NCBI RefSeq assembly: GCF_000284455.1
Contig: NC_017039.1
Location: 2,580,001 to 2,612,000, forward strand
Reading direction: 5' to 3'
Source: Synechocystis sp. PCC 6803 substr. PCC-P
Lineage (GTDB): Bacteria; Cyanobacteriota; Cyanobacteriia; Cyanobacteriales; Microcystaceae
Length of the DNA: 32,000 nucleotides
A program made the translations under genes and the position numbers. Below the pieces are notes generated by a model that was not told where the DNA came from, searched no databases, and saw nothing but the letters and a program-made list of their open reading frames with translations. Below, piece after piece: positions 30,734 to 32,000 of the stretch (position 1 is its first letter; every line of letters starts with the position of its first letter).

Positions 30734-31144
30734 ATGACTGAGGAACAGCAGGGGCCCAACACCACCCCCAACGAAGAAACCGCCAGCAAAACCACTGCCG
30801 CTAACCGGAGCCGTCGTCCTAGAGCCGGTTCCAGCAAAGATGAGTCCGCCTTGGTGAAGCCCAAGCATATCGGTGGTCTTGATCTACTGCCTACCCCCAA
30901 GGGCATGCCCACTAATCGACCGATTGAAGCCAGCAAGATCCATGTGGTAAGTACTTATGGTTCTATGGGAGCCACCAGACCAGTGGGGGCCAGCACCATG
31001 GAAGTGAGCAGTACCATGACCGTTTCCGGTAATCGCCCCATTGCCCTGAGCCATCTCCACATCAGCGAAATCACCGCTGGCAATCGTCCCGTAGCTTCCA
31101 ACGAGATTGATGATCCCAACACCCTGATGGGCTACCTGGATTAG
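30734..31144 (+). CDS. Unknown protein with irregular RP[I/V] repeats
   Basis: 136 aa; AAGGAG upstream of ATG; repeats NRPIEAS / TRPVGAS / NRPIALS / NRPVAS. Confidence 0.8.
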   Translation: MTEEQQGPNTTPNEETASKTTAANRSRRPRAGSSKDESALVKPKHIGGLDLLPTPKGMPTNRPIEASKIHVVSTYGSMGATRPVGASTMEVSSTMTVSGNRPIALSHLHISEITAGNRPVASNEIDDPNTLMGYLD

Positions 31145-31307
31145 TCTTGCGGTGGGAATTTTTGCTTTGTTCCCTTACCCTGAACTCCCATCTAGGCGAT
31201 CGCCAGGGGCATAGTTAATCAAAACAGGTCTACTAAAAATGAGCCTCCAGCTTCGGAAACTATGGCCGACTGGAGGTTTTCACTATCTAAATTGTCCAGG
31301 GAAAAAC

Positions 31308-31427
31308 CTAGGAACGGGTGATTTTGTCTTTTTGGCTGATGAAAATTAACCCGACGGTGGCGGGGATCAGCACAATGGCAGCCCCTAAAACCAGGCTCCA
31401 GAGAAAGTTTGCTAAAGAAGGGGTCAT
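31308..31427 (-). CDS. psbX: Photosystem II protein PsbX (39 aa)
   Basis: Direct translation of minus strand: [39 protein letters not shown]. Below the track's length cutoff. Confidence 0.93.
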
Positions 31428-31543
31428 ATCGCGTTAACCTCATTTTATAAAGACATCGCTCCCCATTCTATCGCCATCGGATGTCAAAGTTAGCCCGTTG
31501 AGGGCAGGATTGCTCCGGGGCCCAAGCCCCTAATTTTTAACCT

Positions 31544-32000
31544 ATGTCGGCTATGTCAGATTTGTCGAATAACTTGAGTTTTATTTCCCCCCCCGTTGCT
31601 TTAGGGAATATTCCCCAACCCCGCTGTTTATCCCTTGGGATAATGGCATCCGGTAGTGGTAGTAATTTTGAGGCGATCGCCAAGGCCATTAAGGAGGGAA
31701 AGTTAAATGCAGTGGTGAAACTGGTGATTTACAACAACCCTAATGCTGGGGTTAGGAAACGGGCCATGGACCATGGGGTGCCCCACCGATTACTCAACCA
31801 TCGGGACTACGACAGCCGGGAAGATTTGGATCAAGATATTGTTGAGCATTTTCGCCAAGCAGGGGTGGAATGGGTGATCATGGCCGGGTGGATGCGTATT
31901 GTCACTCCAGTACTATTAGATGCTTTTAGCCGTCGGGTGTTGAATATCCACCCCAGTTTATTGCCTAGTTTTCGAGGTGTGCGGGCTGTGGAACAGGCCT
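31544..32000 (+). CDS. purN: Phosphoribosylglycinamide formyltransferase, truncated by right window edge
   Basis: Open frame to edge: ...LGIMASGSGSNFEAIAKAIKEGKLNAVVKLVIYNNPNAGV...VIMAGWMRIVTPVLLDAFSRRVLNIHPSLLPSFRG. Alternative ATG at 31553. Confidence 0.95.
   Translation, partial: MSAMSDLSNNLSFISPPVALGNIPQPRCLSLGIMASGSGSNFEAIAKAIKEGKLNAVVKLVIYNNPNAGVRKRAMDHGVPHRLLNHRDYDSREDLDQDIVEHFRQAGVEWVIMAGWMRIVTPVLLDAFSRRVLNIHPSLLPSFRGVRAVEQA

Noticed and set aside
1-32000. CRISPR array, transposon, prophage or retron-type element
   Set aside because: No regularly spaced direct repeats, transposase, integrase or reverse transcriptase motifs found in the sequence or ORF translations.

Overview
The window reads as ordinary cyanobacterial chromosome, very like Synechocystis sp. 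PCC 6803; that assignment comes from recognised proteins and abundant HIP1 octamers (GCGATCGC), and no search was run. Recognisable genes include tRNA-Ala(CGC), dnaK1, grpE, pilB1, ribD, an M16 protease, mrp/apbC, accC, fmt, a livG-like ATPase, rpsD, a proA homologue, cph1/rcp1, uvrB, psbX (39 aa, absent from the supplied track) and a 3'-truncated purN at the right edge. I see no CRISPR array, transposase, phage block or convincing new multi-gene system. The best accessory candidate is an AT-rich ORF (20419..21609) between the livG-like gene and rpsD. Its N-terminal half looks like stand-alone AbiGi/DUF2971-type abortive-infection proteins, by motif resemblance only. Secondary leads are a minus-strand hairpin plus U-tract upstream of grpE, a HIP1 octamer covering the anticodon of tRNA-Ala, an RP[I/V]-repeat unknown protein, and a tetracysteine tail on PilB1.
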